Part shown: positions 18,554 through 28,423 of the stretch, in pieces | How positions within the stretch are numbered: position 1 is the stretch's first letter | Layout: every line of letters begins with the position of its first letter | Source of the DNA: Christensenellales bacterium | GTDB taxonomy: Bacteria; Bacillota; Clostridia; Christensenellales; UBA1431 | Length of the DNA: 64,000 nt | Direction of reading: 5' to 3' | NCBI GenBank assembly: GCA_040772545.1 | Contig: JAXGXY010000007.1 | Span: forward strand, 1,365-65,364 | Program-made: the position numbers and the translations under genes | The notes under the pieces: model-generated | The model's database searches: none | Seen by the model: the letters and a program-made list of their open reading frames with translations, nothing else | Told to the model about the DNA's origin: nothing

Positions 18554-20235
18554 AGATGATGAGCAACAATCCCAAACTGCGCAGCGATTCGGTGAAATCC
18601 GGCGTCGAACGCGCGCCGCACCGCTCGCTTTTCCGCTCGCTCGGTTTGACGCGCGAGGACATGCGAAGGCCGCTCATCGGCATCGCGCACTCGCAGAACG
18701 ACGTCGTGCCGGGGCATGTCCACATGGACACCATCGTGTCGGCGGTCCGCGACGGCGTGCTGATGGCGGGCGGCGTCCCGTTCGCGTTCCCCACCATCGC
18801 CGTATGCGACGGCATCGCGATGGCGCACGAGGGCATGAAGTATTCGCTAGCCACGCGCGAGCTCATCGCCGACTGCGCCGAGTGCATGGCGATGGCCCAC
18901 GGCTTCGACGCGCTCGTTTTCATCCCCAACTGCGACAAGATCGTCCCCGGCATGCTGATGGCCGCCGCGCGGCTCAACCGCCCGTCGATCTTCGTCAGCG
19001 GCGGTCCCATGCTCTCCCTCCCCTACCGCGGCAGGATGCTGGACCTCAACAGCGTGTTCGAGGCCGTCGGTTCCGTCAAGGCCGGGATGATGGACGAGGA
19101 GCAGCTCACCTGCATCGAGGAGAACGCCTGCCCGACCTGCGGGAGCTGTTCGGGCATGTTCACCGCTAACTCGATGAACTGCCTGACCGAGGCGCTGGGC
19201 ATGGGTCTAAACGGAAACGGCACGATCCCGGCGGTATACGCCGCGCGCACGCGACTCGCGCGGGACGCGGGCATGCAGGTCATGAAGCTTTTGGAAGCTG
19301 ACATACGTCCGCTGGACATCATGACGCCCGACGCCTTCGAAAACGCCCTGGCGGCCGACATGGCCCTGGGCGGCTCCACCAACTCGGTGCTGCACCTGAG
19401 TGCCATCGCGCACGAATGCGGCATCACGCTCGACCTCGACCACATAAACGAAGTGAGCGCGAAGGTGCCGACTCTGTGCCATATCGCCCCGGCGGGCGAA
19501 CACCACCTGCAGGACCTCGACCTCGCGGGCGGCATCCCGGCGGTGCTGGCCGAGCTGCTTAAAATAGGCGCGCTCAGGGGAAGCGCCCTGACCGTGACCG
19601 GCAAAACCATCGCCGAGAACGTGGCCGGGGCCGAGGTGCTCGACCGCGAAGTCATCCGCGGCACAGACAACCCCTATTCGCCGCGGGGCGGCATCGCGAT
19701 CCTCAGAGGCTCGCTCGCGCCCGAGGGCGCCGTCGTCAAGCAGCACGCCGTAGCGCCCGAGATGCTCAGCCACAAGGGCCCCGCGCGCGTGTTCGACGGC
19801 GAGGAGGAAGCCATCGCGGCGATCTACGCGGGCGGGATCAAGCCCGGCGACGTGGTCGTCATCCGGTACGAAGGCCCGCGCGGCGGCCCGGGCATGCGGG
19901 AGATGCTCTCCCCCACCTCGGCCATCGCGGGCATGGGCCTCGACAAACAGGTCGCGCTCATCACCGACGGGCGTTTTTCCGGCGCCACGCGCGGCGCGAG
20001 CATCGGCCACGTGTCCCCCGAAGCCGCCGTGGGCGGCCCGATCGCGTTGGTGCAGGAAGGCGACGAAATCAGCATCGACATCCCGAACCACCTGATAGAC
20101 GTGGAGGTCTCCGAGGCGGAACTCGACAGGCGGAAACAGGCCTGGCAGGCGCCGCCGCCCCGGGTGACCAGCGGCTACCTCGTCCGCTACGCGCGGACGG
20201 TGAAATCGGCCGGGGACGGCGCCATCGTCGAATAA
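18550..20235 (+). CDS. ilvD: Dihydroxy-acid dehydratase
   Basis: [40 protein letters not shown]. Confidence 0.97.
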   Translation: MKMMSNNPKLRSDSVKSGVERAPHRSLFRSLGLTREDMRRPLIGIAHSQNDVVPGHVHMDTIVSAVRDGVLMAGGVPFAFPTIAVCDGIAMAHEGMKYSLATRELIADCAECMAMAHGFDALVFIPNCDKIVPGMLMAAARLNRPSIFVSGGPMLSLPYRGRMLDLNSVFEAVGSVKAGMMDEEQLTCIEENACPTCGSCSGMFTANSMNCLTEALGMGLNGNGTIPAVYAARTRLARDAGMQVMKLLEADIRPLDIMTPDAFENALAADMALGGSTNSVLHLSAIAHECGITLDLDHINEVSAKVPTLCHIAPAGEHHLQDLDLAGGIPAVLAELLKIGALRGSALTVTGKTIAENVAGAEVLDREVIRGTDNPYSPRGGIAILRGSLAPEGAVVKQHAVAPEMLSHKGPARVFDGEEEAIAAIYAGGIKPGDVVVIRYEGPRGGPGMREMLSPTSAIAGMGLDKQVALITDGRFSGATRGASIGHVSPEAAVGGPIALVQEGDEISIDIPNHLIDVEVSEAELDRRKQAWQAPPPRVTSGYLVRYARTVKSAGDGAIVE

Positions 20236-20259
20236 CAAATCCTGCGGAGGTATCAGTGT

Positions 20260-21852
20260 ATGAAGGCAATATTATACGACGCCACCCTGCGCGAAGGCGC
20301 GCAGGGCCCCGGCGCGTCCTTCACCGTGGAGGACAAACTCAAGATCGTCGACATGCTCGACGACCTGGGCGTTTCGTATATCGAGGCGGGCAACCCCGGT
20401 TCCAACCCCAAGGACGCGGCTTTCTTCAAAAGGATGGAGGACCATCCGCTCAGTCAGGCGAAGCTGGCCGCCTTCGGCGCAACCTGCCGCGTGGGCGTGG
20501 CCCCGGAAGACGACGCCAACATCCAGGCGCTCATGTCCGCGAACACGCCGGTCGTGACCATATTCGGCAAGTCGTGGGACTTCCACGTGAAGGAGATACT
20601 CAAGGCCACGCCGCAGGAGAACCTGGACATCATCGCCATTACCGTGCGCTATTTCAAGGACCAGGGCAAAGAGGTGGTCTACGACGCCGAGCACTTTTTC
20701 GACGGCTACAAACGCAACCCCGAATACGCCCTGAAGACGCTGGAAGCCGCGAACGGGGCGGGCGCGGACTGGCTGTGCCTGTGCGAGACCAACGGCGGGT
20801 GCTTCCCCCACGAAGTCGAAGCGATAACGAAGGTCGTCGCCGACCGGTTCCCCGGCGCGCGGCTGGGCATCCACGCGCATAACGACACCGGCATGGCCGA
20901 GGCCAACGCGGTCACCGCCGCGCGCTGCGGCGCGCTGATGGTCCAGGTCACGATCGCGGGCTGGGGCGAGCGCTGCGGGAACACCGACCTGTTCACGCTC
21001 CTGCCCAACCTGCAGCTCAAGCTCGGGTTCGACTGCCTGCCGCCCGAGAAACTCCAGTCGCTGGTATCGTTCGCGCACACGTTCCACGAACTGGCCAACC
21101 TCGGCGTGAACCCGCGCGCCCCTTACGTGGGCTTCAACGCGTTCGCGCACAAGGCGGGCATGCACATCGACGCCGTCGCCAAGAACCCCACGTCGTTCGA
21201 GCACGTCCCTCCCGACGCAATCGGCGCCGAACGCGCGTTTTTGATCTCGGAAGTCTCAGGGCGCACGGCCGTTTTAAAGAAGATACAGCGCATCGTGCCC
21301 GGCGTGAAGAAGGACTCGCCCGACATCAAGCGGATCGTGCAGGAACTCAAGCAGCTCGAGTACCAGGGCTACCAGTTCGAGGGCGCGGACGCGTCGTTCG
21401 AACTGATGGTATTAAGGACGCTGGGCCTGCACCGCCCATTCTTCACGCTCAAGGGGTTCAAGGTCATCGTCAACGAGCCCGCCGCGGAGGGCGAGGTTGC
21501 CTCGGCGATGGTCCACATCCTGGTCGACGGCGTAGAAGAGATCACGGCGGCCCTCGGCAACGGCCCGGTCAACGCGCTGGACCGCGCGACGCGCAAGGCG
21601 CTCGAGCGCTTCTACCCCGGCCTGAGTTCGATGGTGCTCAGCGATTACCGCGTCCGCGTGCTCGACTCCAAGTTCGCCACGGCGGCGCCGGTGCGCGTGC
21701 TCATCGAATCGAGCGACTTGAACCAGACCTGGACGACGGTGGGCGTCTCCACCGACATCATCGAAGCCAGCTGGCACGCGCTGGTGGACTCGCTCGAATA
21801 CAAGCTCTTCAAGGACAACGTGAAGCAAAAGGAACTCGCCAAGGAGGAATAA
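20260..21852 (+). CDS. cimA: Citramalate synthase (LeuA-related)
   Basis: YDATLREGAQ, PGSNPKD, FGKSWDFHV, YDAEHFFDG, AHKAGMH, YQFEGADASF. Confidence 0.88.
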   Translation: MKAILYDATLREGAQGPGASFTVEDKLKIVDMLDDLGVSYIEAGNPGSNPKDAAFFKRMEDHPLSQAKLAAFGATCRVGVAPEDDANIQALMSANTPVVTIFGKSWDFHVKEILKATPQENLDIIAITVRYFKDQGKEVVYDAEHFFDGYKRNPEYALKTLEAANGAGADWLCLCETNGGCFPHEVEAITKVVADRFPGARLGIHAHNDTGMAEANAVTAARCGALMVQVTIAGWGERCGNTDLFTLLPNLQLKLGFDCLPPEKLQSLVSFAHTFHELANLGVNPRAPYVGFNAFAHKAGMHIDAVAKNPTSFEHVPPDAIGAERAFLISEVSGRTAVLKKIQRIVPGVKKDSPDIKRIVQELKQLEYQGYQFEGADASFELMVLRTLGLHRPFFTLKGFKVIVNEPAAEGEVASAMVHILVDGVEEITAALGNGPVNALDRATRKALERFYPGLSSMVLSDYRVRVLDSKFATAAPVRVLIESSDLNQTWTTVGVSTDIIEASWHALVDSLEYKLFKDNVKQKELAKEE

Positions 21853-21858
21853 GAAACC

Positions 21859-23145
21859 GTGGGAATGACCATGACCCAGAAGATACTCGCTTCGCACGCC
21901 GGCCTTCGGGAGGTGCGGCCGGGCCGGCTCGTCGAGTGCAAAATAGACCTCGCGCTCGGCAACGACATCACCGCTCCCCTGGCCATCAACGAATTCGAGC
22001 GCACGGGAGCGAAAGAAGTGTTCGACCGCGACCGCATCGCGCTGGTCCCCGACCACTTCGTGCCCAACAAGGACATCGCCTCGGCCGCGCAGGCCCGGCA
22101 GATGCGCGAATTCGCCAGGAAGCACGGCATCACCCATTATTACGAGGTCGGCAGGATGGGTGTGGAACACGCGCTGCTGCCCGAGCAGGGGCTCGTCGCC
22201 CCGGGGGACCTCATCATCGGCGCGGACAGCCACACCTGCACCTACGGCGCGCTGGGCGCTTTTTCGACCGGCGTCGGCTCGACGGACCTCGCCTCGGCGA
22301 TGGCGACCGGCAGGGCCTGGTTCAGGGTGCCGCCCGCCATCCGTTTCGAACTCACCGGCAGGCCGGGGCCGTACGTGGGCGGCAAGGACGTCATCCTTCA
22401 CATCATCGGCAAGATAGGCGTGGACGGCGCCAGATACGCGTCGATGGAGTTCACCGGCGACGGCGTAGCGAGCCTCACCGTCGAGGACCGGCTCTGCATG
22501 GCCAACATGGCCATCGAGGCGGGGGCGAAAAACGGCATCTTCCCGGCGGACGCAGTAGCGACCGGGTACGCGCTCCAACGCGCGCGCCGGCCGGGCACGG
22601 CGTATGCGGCCGACGAAGACGCCGAGTACATTGAAACGCACGTGATAGACCTTTCGAAGGTGGAGCCGACGGTCGCCTTCCCGCACCTGCCCGACAACAC
22701 GCGGACCGTCCAAGAAGCCGAGGCCATGCGAATACGGATCGACCAGGCCGTGATCGGCTCGTGCACCAACGGGCGCATCGAGGACATGCGCGCCGCGGCC
22801 GGGATACTCAGAGGCCGCAGGGTCCACGAAGACGTGCGGCTCATCGTCATCCCCGCCACGCAGGAGATATGGCGGCAGTGCGTGCACGAAGGGCTGATGG
22901 ACGTCTTCGTCGACGCGGGCGCCGCTGTGTCCACCCCCACCTGCGGCCCCTGCCTGGGCGGGCACATGGGCATACTGGCCGAGGGCGAGCGCGCCGTGGC
23001 CACCACCAACCGGAATTTCGTGGGACGGATGGGCCACCCGAAGAGCGAAGTGTACCTGGCGTCCCCGGCCGTCGCGGCGGCGTCCGCGGTGGCGGGCATC
23101 GTCTGCGGGCCGGAATACCTGTCAAAGGAGGGCGCGACCGAATGA
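21859..23145 (+). CDS. leuC: 3-isopropylmalate/citramalate dehydratase large subunit
   Basis: [35 protein letters not shown]. Confidence 0.95.
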   Translation: MGMTMTQKILASHAGLREVRPGRLVECKIDLALGNDITAPLAINEFERTGAKEVFDRDRIALVPDHFVPNKDIASAAQARQMREFARKHGITHYYEVGRMGVEHALLPEQGLVAPGDLIIGADSHTCTYGALGAFSTGVGSTDLASAMATGRAWFRVPPAIRFELTGRPGPYVGGKDVILHIIGKIGVDGARYASMEFTGDGVASLTVEDRLCMANMAIEAGAKNGIFPADAVATGYALQRARRPGTAYAADEDAEYIETHVIDLSKVEPTVAFPHLPDNTRTVQEAEAMRIRIDQAVIGSCTNGRIEDMRAAAGILRGRRVHEDVRLIVIPATQEIWRQCVHEGLMDVFVDAGAAVSTPTCGPCLGGHMGILAEGERAVATTNRNFVGRMGHPKSEVYLASPAVAAASAVAGIVCGPEYLSKEGATE

Positions 23146-23639
23146 AACTCAGAGGCAAGGCCCACGTCTACGGGGACCACGTGGACACCGACGTCATCAT
23201 CCCCGCGAGGCATCTCAATACCACCGACCCGTCAGAGCTCGCCAAACACTGCATGGAAGACATCGACGAAGGCTTCGTCGCAAGGGTGCAAAAGGGCGAC
23301 TTCATCGTCGCGGGCCGCAACTTCGGCTGCGGGTCCTCGCGCGAGCACGCCCCGGTGGCGATCAAGGCGAGCGGGGTTTCCTGCGTGGTGGCCGAGAGCT
23401 TCGCGCGCATCTTTTTCAGGAACGCGATCAACACCAGCCTCCCCGTCATCGAATGCAAAGAGGCCGCGCGCGAGGCGCTCCCCGGCCACGACATGGAAGC
23501 GGACCTGAAAGCGGGCGTACTAAAAAACCTTACCCTCGGCAGGACGTACGCCATCGAGCCGCTGCCGCCTTTTATCCAGGAACTCATCGAAGCGGGCGGG
23601 CTGGTGAACTACACCCGCGCCCGGCTCGGAAAAAAATAA
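23142..23639 (+). CDS. leuD: 3-isopropylmalate dehydratase small subunit
   Basis: [28 protein letters not shown]; ATGA overlap with leuC. Confidence 0.95.
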   Translation: MKLRGKAHVYGDHVDTDVIIPARHLNTTDPSELAKHCMEDIDEGFVARVQKGDFIVAGRNFGCGSSREHAPVAIKASGVSCVVAESFARIFFRNAINTSLPVIECKEAAREALPGHDMEADLKAGVLKNLTLGRTYAIEPLPPFIQELIEAGGLVNYTRARLGKK

Positions 23640-23726
23640 AAATTTCCTTAAAAACGTAATATTATCACAGAAACGCTCCTTATCAACGGCTATACTCTAA
23701 CCATCAAGGATAAGGAGTGTTTTTTT

Positions 23727-24053
23727 ATGGCAAACATCGTAACGCTCACCAAGGACAATTTCGATAAGGAAGTCGCCGAGTCGTCCCGGCCCGTGCTGAT
23801 CGATTTCTGGGCTACGTGGTGCGGCCCCTGCAGGATGTTCGCCCCGGTGCTCGACCAGGTCGCGGACGAACTCGACGGCGTCGTGAAGGTCGGCAAGGTC
23901 GACGTGGACGCGCAGCCCGCGCTGGCGCAGGCGTTCTCGGTGATGAGCGTCCCCACCGTCGTACTGATGAAGAACAACGTGAAGGTCATGCAGTCAGTCG
24001 GCGCGCAGCCCAAAGCGGCGCTTTTGAAAAAGATCAGGGAGCACGTGCAGTAG
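23727..24053 (+). CDS. trxA: Thioredoxin
   Basis: DFWATWCGPC. Confidence 0.96.
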   Translation: MANIVTLTKDNFDKEVAESSRPVLIDFWATWCGPCRMFAPVLDQVADELDGVVKVGKVDVDAQPALAQAFSVMSVPTVVLMKNNVKVMQSVGAQPKAALLKKIREHVQ

Positions 24054-24255
24054 CGGCTGCCCGCTATGCCCGCCAGGCCTGCCCGGCCGGTGCACTTTGA
24101 CAGAAAGGCCGTGCTACCCCCGGATGGTCGCGCAAAATCACACCTGCTGACAGCGCGCTGCGAGCGCGTCTGACCGACGGGCGCACCACATCTTATAGAC
24201 CAAATACCTCCTTTGTATTTAGCATCTTTCAGGCCGGCCGGGCTTTACATAAGAC

Positions 24256-24288
24256 GAAAGGGCCCCTTAAAAATAAGAGGCCCTTTTC
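24256..24288. terminator. Hairpin terminator between trxA and the PilZ-like gene
   Basis: gaaagggcccctta...taagaggcccttttc. Confidence 0.7.
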
Positions 24289-24324
24289 GCTATGCTTTTG
24301 CCGTGTTCCCGGGAGCCGCGTGCT

Positions 24325-24693
24325 TCAGGATACCCTGGATTCGCAGTTTTTCAATCCGGGAACGGCGCGTTCGCCGATGAATTCGAGCAGCTGCACGTAC
24401 TGCATGCCGGTCATCTCCCCGAAACGCACCGCGACGAACCGGGTCTCCCTGTTGCACCGGACGACCGTGCCGCCGATGCCTTCGGGGAAATTCTCCCACC
24501 GTACCCGCACCGGGCCGCCCTGCAACTGCGCGGGGAGCCGTTGCCTTTGCAGTTCAAACGAACACCCGTATTCGTTGATCTCGGTTATGCGCGCCGGGAC
24601 GGCCGGCCCGCTTTCGGGCACGACCTCTATCGTATCCGGGTGCGTTTCGCAAGCCAGCCTCGTGAGTTTTTCCAGATACCCCGCGATTCGCAT
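24325..24693 (-). CDS. Stand-alone PilZ-like beta-barrel protein with degenerate motifs
   Basis: ARITEINEYGCSF resembles the (D/N)xSxxG strand; GTVVR and VAVRF...LLEFI tail; RxxxR incomplete; GGAGG RBS. Confidence 0.55.
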   Translation of the reverse strand: MRIAGYLEKLTRLACETHPDTIEVVPESGPAVPARITEINEYGCSFELQRQRLPAQLQGGPVRVRWENFPEGIGGTVVRCNRETRFVAVRFGEMTGMQYVQLLEFIGERAVPGLKNCESRVS

Positions 24694-24853
24694 TTGCGCC
24701 CCTCCGTTTCACGTTATGTGAATAATATTGAAACAACCCGGCAGTAGATAATCAGCCGAAAATCCGCCCGTGAAACAGTTTTTTGCCGAAACAAGGCGAG
24801 TTTTGCCGAATACCGCACCGCCTCGGCCCGCAAACGTCGGTTTGCGCGCCCGC

Positions 24854-24902
24854 AATAAAGGCCGGCGACAGACCCGGGAAGGTCTGTCATCGGCCTTTAT
24901 TT
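24854..24902 (-). terminator. Terminator after the adhesin gene
   Basis: aataaaggccg.cgacagac...gtctgtca.cggcctttatt. Confidence 0.75.
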
Positions 24903-24936
24903 AAAGGGTACTTATTCGGCTTTTAACGCCGTTTTA

Positions 24937-27699
24937 CTATTCTTCGCGCTGCTTCTTCCTGCGCGTGAAGAGGAGAATGGCGCCTGTGGCGACGACCAGC
25001 GCGCCGACCATCAGCACCCAGTCGAGCGGGTTCTCGCCCGTCACCGGCAGCGCGGGCGCCGCGGGGGACGTCTCCTCGGGCACTGTTTCCACGGGTTCCA
25101 AAGACTCGGTCGGTTCCGGAGTCTCGGTCGGTTCCGGGGTCTCGGTCGGTTCCGGAGTCTCGGTCGGTTCCGGAGAAACCGGGCCGAGAGGCGGTTGTGT
25201 CTCCACTATTTCCTCTACCTCGGTGTAGAAGAAGGTGATGATGTTTTCCGCGGGATCCGCGGTGAGTTGAATCGTTACGTCATCCGCGCTCACCGGCTCG
25301 TAGCCCTCGATTTCGATGGGCGATTCGGTGATGCTCTGCATCGTTACGCCCGTGCCCGTCTTGTCGGGCGCTACGGGGTCCGTCGTGCCCTCGAGGTAAT
25401 AATGCACGGTATAGCCCTGCTCCTGAGGCGTGTAGTAGATATAGACGAAGTTGACGAGGCCCGGTTCCATTTTGTGCGTGACCGGGGCCGTCGACATGTC
25501 ATACCCCGGATGCGGCACGATGGCGTAATCGGCCACCGTGATCACCACGTCCGTCGGGACCATATACGGTAAACCTATACCCGTCAATATTTCCGTCTGC
25601 TCCCTGTCCTTGTAAATGATATGTCCGACGACGAGGAGCTGGTCATCTGCTGTGTACTGCGCCTGCAGCGTGAGGGGGCCGGTGACGTTGTCGTACGGAT
25701 TGCTCATCACGGCAGTGCTCATGCCCCTGATGCTAGTGTTGGCGCTGTAGCTGAGAGTTTGGCTTCCCACCGGGAGCCAGCCGGTGAACGTGTAGCCGGG
25801 CCTTACCGGGTCGTCGGGCGGGGTCGCGTTGCTTCCGTGGGGCACATCCAGTTTGACGATCAAGCTGTCGTCCCAGTCAATGAACCGCACCTTGTATACG
25901 TTGATAGTCCACTTAGCGTACAGCGTCACGTTGCCTTCCAGGTTGAACGTCTCGCCTGCTGCATAGTCCGTCCCGGTGCCGTCGGCCTCCGTGTTCCAGC
26001 CGGTGAACGTGTGCCCCGTCTTGGACAGCGTTCCCGCTGCGGCCGCAGTTATCGCCGTATTGTAGTCATAGGTCCCCGCTGCAGTCCCGCCGGAGGGCTC
26101 GCCCGTGCCTCCGTTCGCGTCGTAGGCAAGGGTGTACGTGTTGATCGTATACGTCGCCTGAATCGTGCGGTTTTCCGTGACGTCTTCATAGTCCCCGTCC
26201 CAGCCGGTGAACGTGTGGCCGGTCCTTGACGGGTCGGCGGGCGGGGTCGCGTCGCCGCCGTAGTCGACCGTATCCGTGTCGAGTACGCTGTCGTCCCAGT
26301 CAACGAACGTCACCGTGTACTGGTTGATCGTATACGTCGCCGTAATCGTGCGGTTTTCCGTGACGTCTTCATAGTCCCCGTCCCAGCCGGTGAACGTGTG
26401 GCCGGTCCTTGACGGGTCGGCGGGCGGGGTCGCGTCGTCGCCGTGGTTGACCGTATCCGTGTCGAGTACGCTTCCGTCCCAGTCTTTGAACGTCACCGTA
26501 TATGAGTTGATCGTATACTGCGCGTACAGCGTCACAGGGCCTTCCAGGTTGAACTTATCGCCTTCTGCATAGGCCGTCCCGGTGCCGTCGGCCTCCGTGT
26601 TCCAGCCGCTGAACGTGTGCCCCGTCTTGGACAGCGTTCCCGCATTGGGCACCGTTATCAGCGCGCCGTAGGCATAATTCGCAGGAGGGGTCCCGCCGGA
26701 GTACGTGCCCGTGCCGCCGTTCGCGTCGTACGCCACCGCGTAGTATAACGGTTCGTACTGCGCCTGAATCGTGCGGTTTTCCGTGACGTTTTCATAGTCC
26801 CCGTCCCAGCCGGTGAACGTGTGGCCGGTCCTTTCCGGGTCGGCGGGCGGGGTCGCGTCGCCGCCGTAGTCGACCGTATCCGTTTTGAGTACGCTGCCGT
26901 CCCAGTCTTTAAACGTCACCGTATATGAGTTGATCGTATATTCCGCCGTTACAGTCAGATTGCACTGCACGTTGGTGAACGACTTGTCCCAGCCGGTGAA
27001 CGTGTAGCCTGTCCTCGTCGGGTCGGCGGGCGGGGTCGCGTCGTCGCCCTTTTTCACTGTATCCGTCTTGAGCACGGTGCCGTCCCAGTCTTTGAACGTT
27101 ACCGTGTACTGCTCTACGTACTGGGCGTAAAGCTTTACGTTTTTGTTGAGGGTAATCGAATCTCCCGGATCGTAGCTCGTTCCCGTGCCGTTCGACCTCG
27201 TGTTCCAGTGGTCGAACACGTAACCGCCGTATTTGGTCAGATGGCTGCCGTCCGCCACCTGCACGGACGTGCCTGCGCGGGCCCTTTGGGTAGACGGGGT
27301 GCTGCCCGAGCCGCCGTTATTGTCGTACTCGAGCTCATAACCCCTTTCGGTGAACTGGGCGTAGAGGTGAACATCGCCATAGATTGTTATTATGTCGCCC
27401 GGATCATATCTTGTTCCATAGCGGCCGGACGAATTTGTGTGCCAATACCCGAAGAAGTATAGGTTGCCCTCAATATAATTATACAGGTTTTGCGCATCGG
27501 CTACTGTTACCTCATCGCCCCGATCTAAACCGGTCACATCGGCCGGGCAATCGCCGCCGTCGGCGCCGTTTTCGTGGTAATCCACTTTATACGTCGAGCC
27601 GCCGCCGTACCCAAACACCGTGCCCGCCGGCAGCATCGTGGCCACCATCAGCACGGCCACAAGCACCGCCAGTAACTTCCCCTTCTTTGTGAATTTCAT
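24937..27699 (-). CDS. LPxTG-anchored InlB B-repeat (Flg_new) surface protein with a MucBP-like domain
   Basis: AAAAGGAGG RBS; signal peptide; about 9 repeats of GY/HTFxGW..YAQY type; EPTETP linker; LPVTG + TM + RRKK. Confidence 0.9.
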   Translation of the reverse strand: MKFTKKGKLLAVLVAVLMVATMLPAGTVFGYGGGSTYKVDYHENGADGGDCPADVTGLDRGDEVTVADAQNLYNYIEGNLYFFGYWHTNSSGRYGTRYDPGDIITIYGDVHLYAQFTERGYELEYDNNGGSGSTPSTQRARAGTSVQVADGSHLTKYGGYVFDHWNTRSNGTGTSYDPGDSITLNKNVKLYAQYVEQYTVTFKDWDGTVLKTDTVKKGDDATPPADPTRTGYTFTGWDKSFTNVQCNLTVTAEYTINSYTVTFKDWDGSVLKTDTVDYGGDATPPADPERTGHTFTGWDGDYENVTENRTIQAQYEPLYYAVAYDANGGTGTYSGGTPPANYAYGALITVPNAGTLSKTGHTFSGWNTEADGTGTAYAEGDKFNLEGPVTLYAQYTINSYTVTFKDWDGSVLDTDTVNHGDDATPPADPSRTGHTFTGWDGDYEDVTENRTITATYTINQYTVTFVDWDDSVLDTDTVDYGGDATPPADPSRTGHTFTGWDGDYEDVTENRTIQATYTINTYTLAYDANGGTGEPSGGTAAGTYDYNTAITAAAAGTLSKTGHTFTGWNTEADGTGTDYAAGETFNLEGNVTLYAKWTINVYKVRFIDWDDSLIVKLDVPHGSNATPPDDPVRPGYTFTGWLPVGSQTLSYSANTSIRGMSTAVMSNPYDNVTGPLTLQAQYTADDQLLVVGHIIYKDREQTEILTGIGLPYMVPTDVVITVADYAIVPHPGYDMSTAPVTHKMEPGLVNFVYIYYTPQEQGYTVHYYLEGTTDPVAPDKTGTGVTMQSITESPIEIEGYEPVSADDVTIQLTADPAENIITFFYTEVEEIVETQPPLGPVSPEPTETPEPTETPEPTETPEPTESLEPVETVPEETSPAAPALPVTGENPLDWVLMVGALVVATGAILLFTRRKKQREE
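25105..25175 (-). repeat. 18-nt coding tandem repeat x4 (EPTETP)
   Basis: ctcggtcggttccggRgt units. Confidence 0.9.
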
Positions 27700-27838
27700 A
27701 TGGACCCTCCTTTTAAAAACCTTTCTATCCTTCGCCGTACCCTTCGTCATTCTTACTCGTGTCCGCCCTTTGCTGCTCTTGCTTCCCTTCCTCCAACTCT
27801 CCAACAAAAAACGCCCGGCTGCCGCCCCCTTTCAGAGA

Positions 27839-27922
27839 TTGGCAGCCGGACGGCCGTAGCGCTTTAGCGCTTTAGGCTCCGTGCTTTGCGCCCCCGCTTT
27901 TCAGACGGGTTTGCCCTTTCAT
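27839..27922 (-). promoter_or_regulatory. c-di-GMP-I riboswitch (gene-proximal copy) with overlapping terminator 27852-27805
   Basis: Minus strand GGGCAAACCCGTCTGAAAAGCGGGGGCGCAAAGCACGGAGCCTAAA...CCGGCTGCC. Confidence 0.9.
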
Positions 27923-28087
27923 CCCTATATTGTGCAATTTTGCCCTGATTCTTACAGTTTTCCCCTGAATTTCCAGATTATCCGTCGATCGGTTTGTGTT
28001 ATTTCCGTCTTCACAGTGCCACGGGCCCGCCCGGCGCCCCGGTTTCCCGTGCCGTACAAATAAAAACGCCCGGCCGCCATTTTTAAG

Positions 28088-28175
28088 ATAGCAACCGGAC
28101 GACCGTGGCGCTGTTTCGCGCTGTAGGCTCCCTGGCTTTGCGCCCCCGCTTTTCAGACGGGTTTGCCTTTTGTAT
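28088..28175 (-). promoter_or_regulatory. c-di-GMP-I riboswitch (promoter-proximal copy) with overlapping terminator 28102-28058
   Basis: Minus strand AGGCAAACCCGTCTGAAAAGCGGGGGCGCAAAGCCAGGGAGCCTACA...CCGGTTGCT. Confidence 0.9.
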
Positions 28176-28364
28176 CTTCACGATGCCTGATTTATAATGG
28201 ATATGATAGCATACAAGCCGGTGTTTGTATAGGCTTTTCACGTTTTGCCAAGCAAAAAAAACCTCGTTTTCCTCCGGTTTTCCGGCCGCTGTCCCGTTTT
28301 GCGGCCTGCCAACCGTTCTATCCATCATTATCCGGCATATTTCGCGCCCTTGGCGCGGCCGGGC

Positions 28365-28404
28365 AAAAAAAACGGCCCGCGGTTTTTGCGCGGGCCGTTT
28401 TTTG
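28365..28404. terminator. Bidirectional intrinsic terminator
   Basis: A8-cggcccgcg...cgcgggccg-T run. Confidence 0.85.
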
Positions 28405-28423
28405 GGGGGTCGGCCGTTTTTTT

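Noticed and set aside
15251-23639. Long antisense and alternate-frame ORFs (for example 21412-23037), also seen across the flagellar cluster
   Set aside because: Shadow ORFs expected from high GC3 codon bias; no recognisable motifs.
27839-28175. 3',3'-cGAMP-specific (GEMM-Ib) riboswitch variant
   Set aside because: Both aptamers keep G at the G20-equivalent position (GGCAAA), consistent with c-di-GMP.
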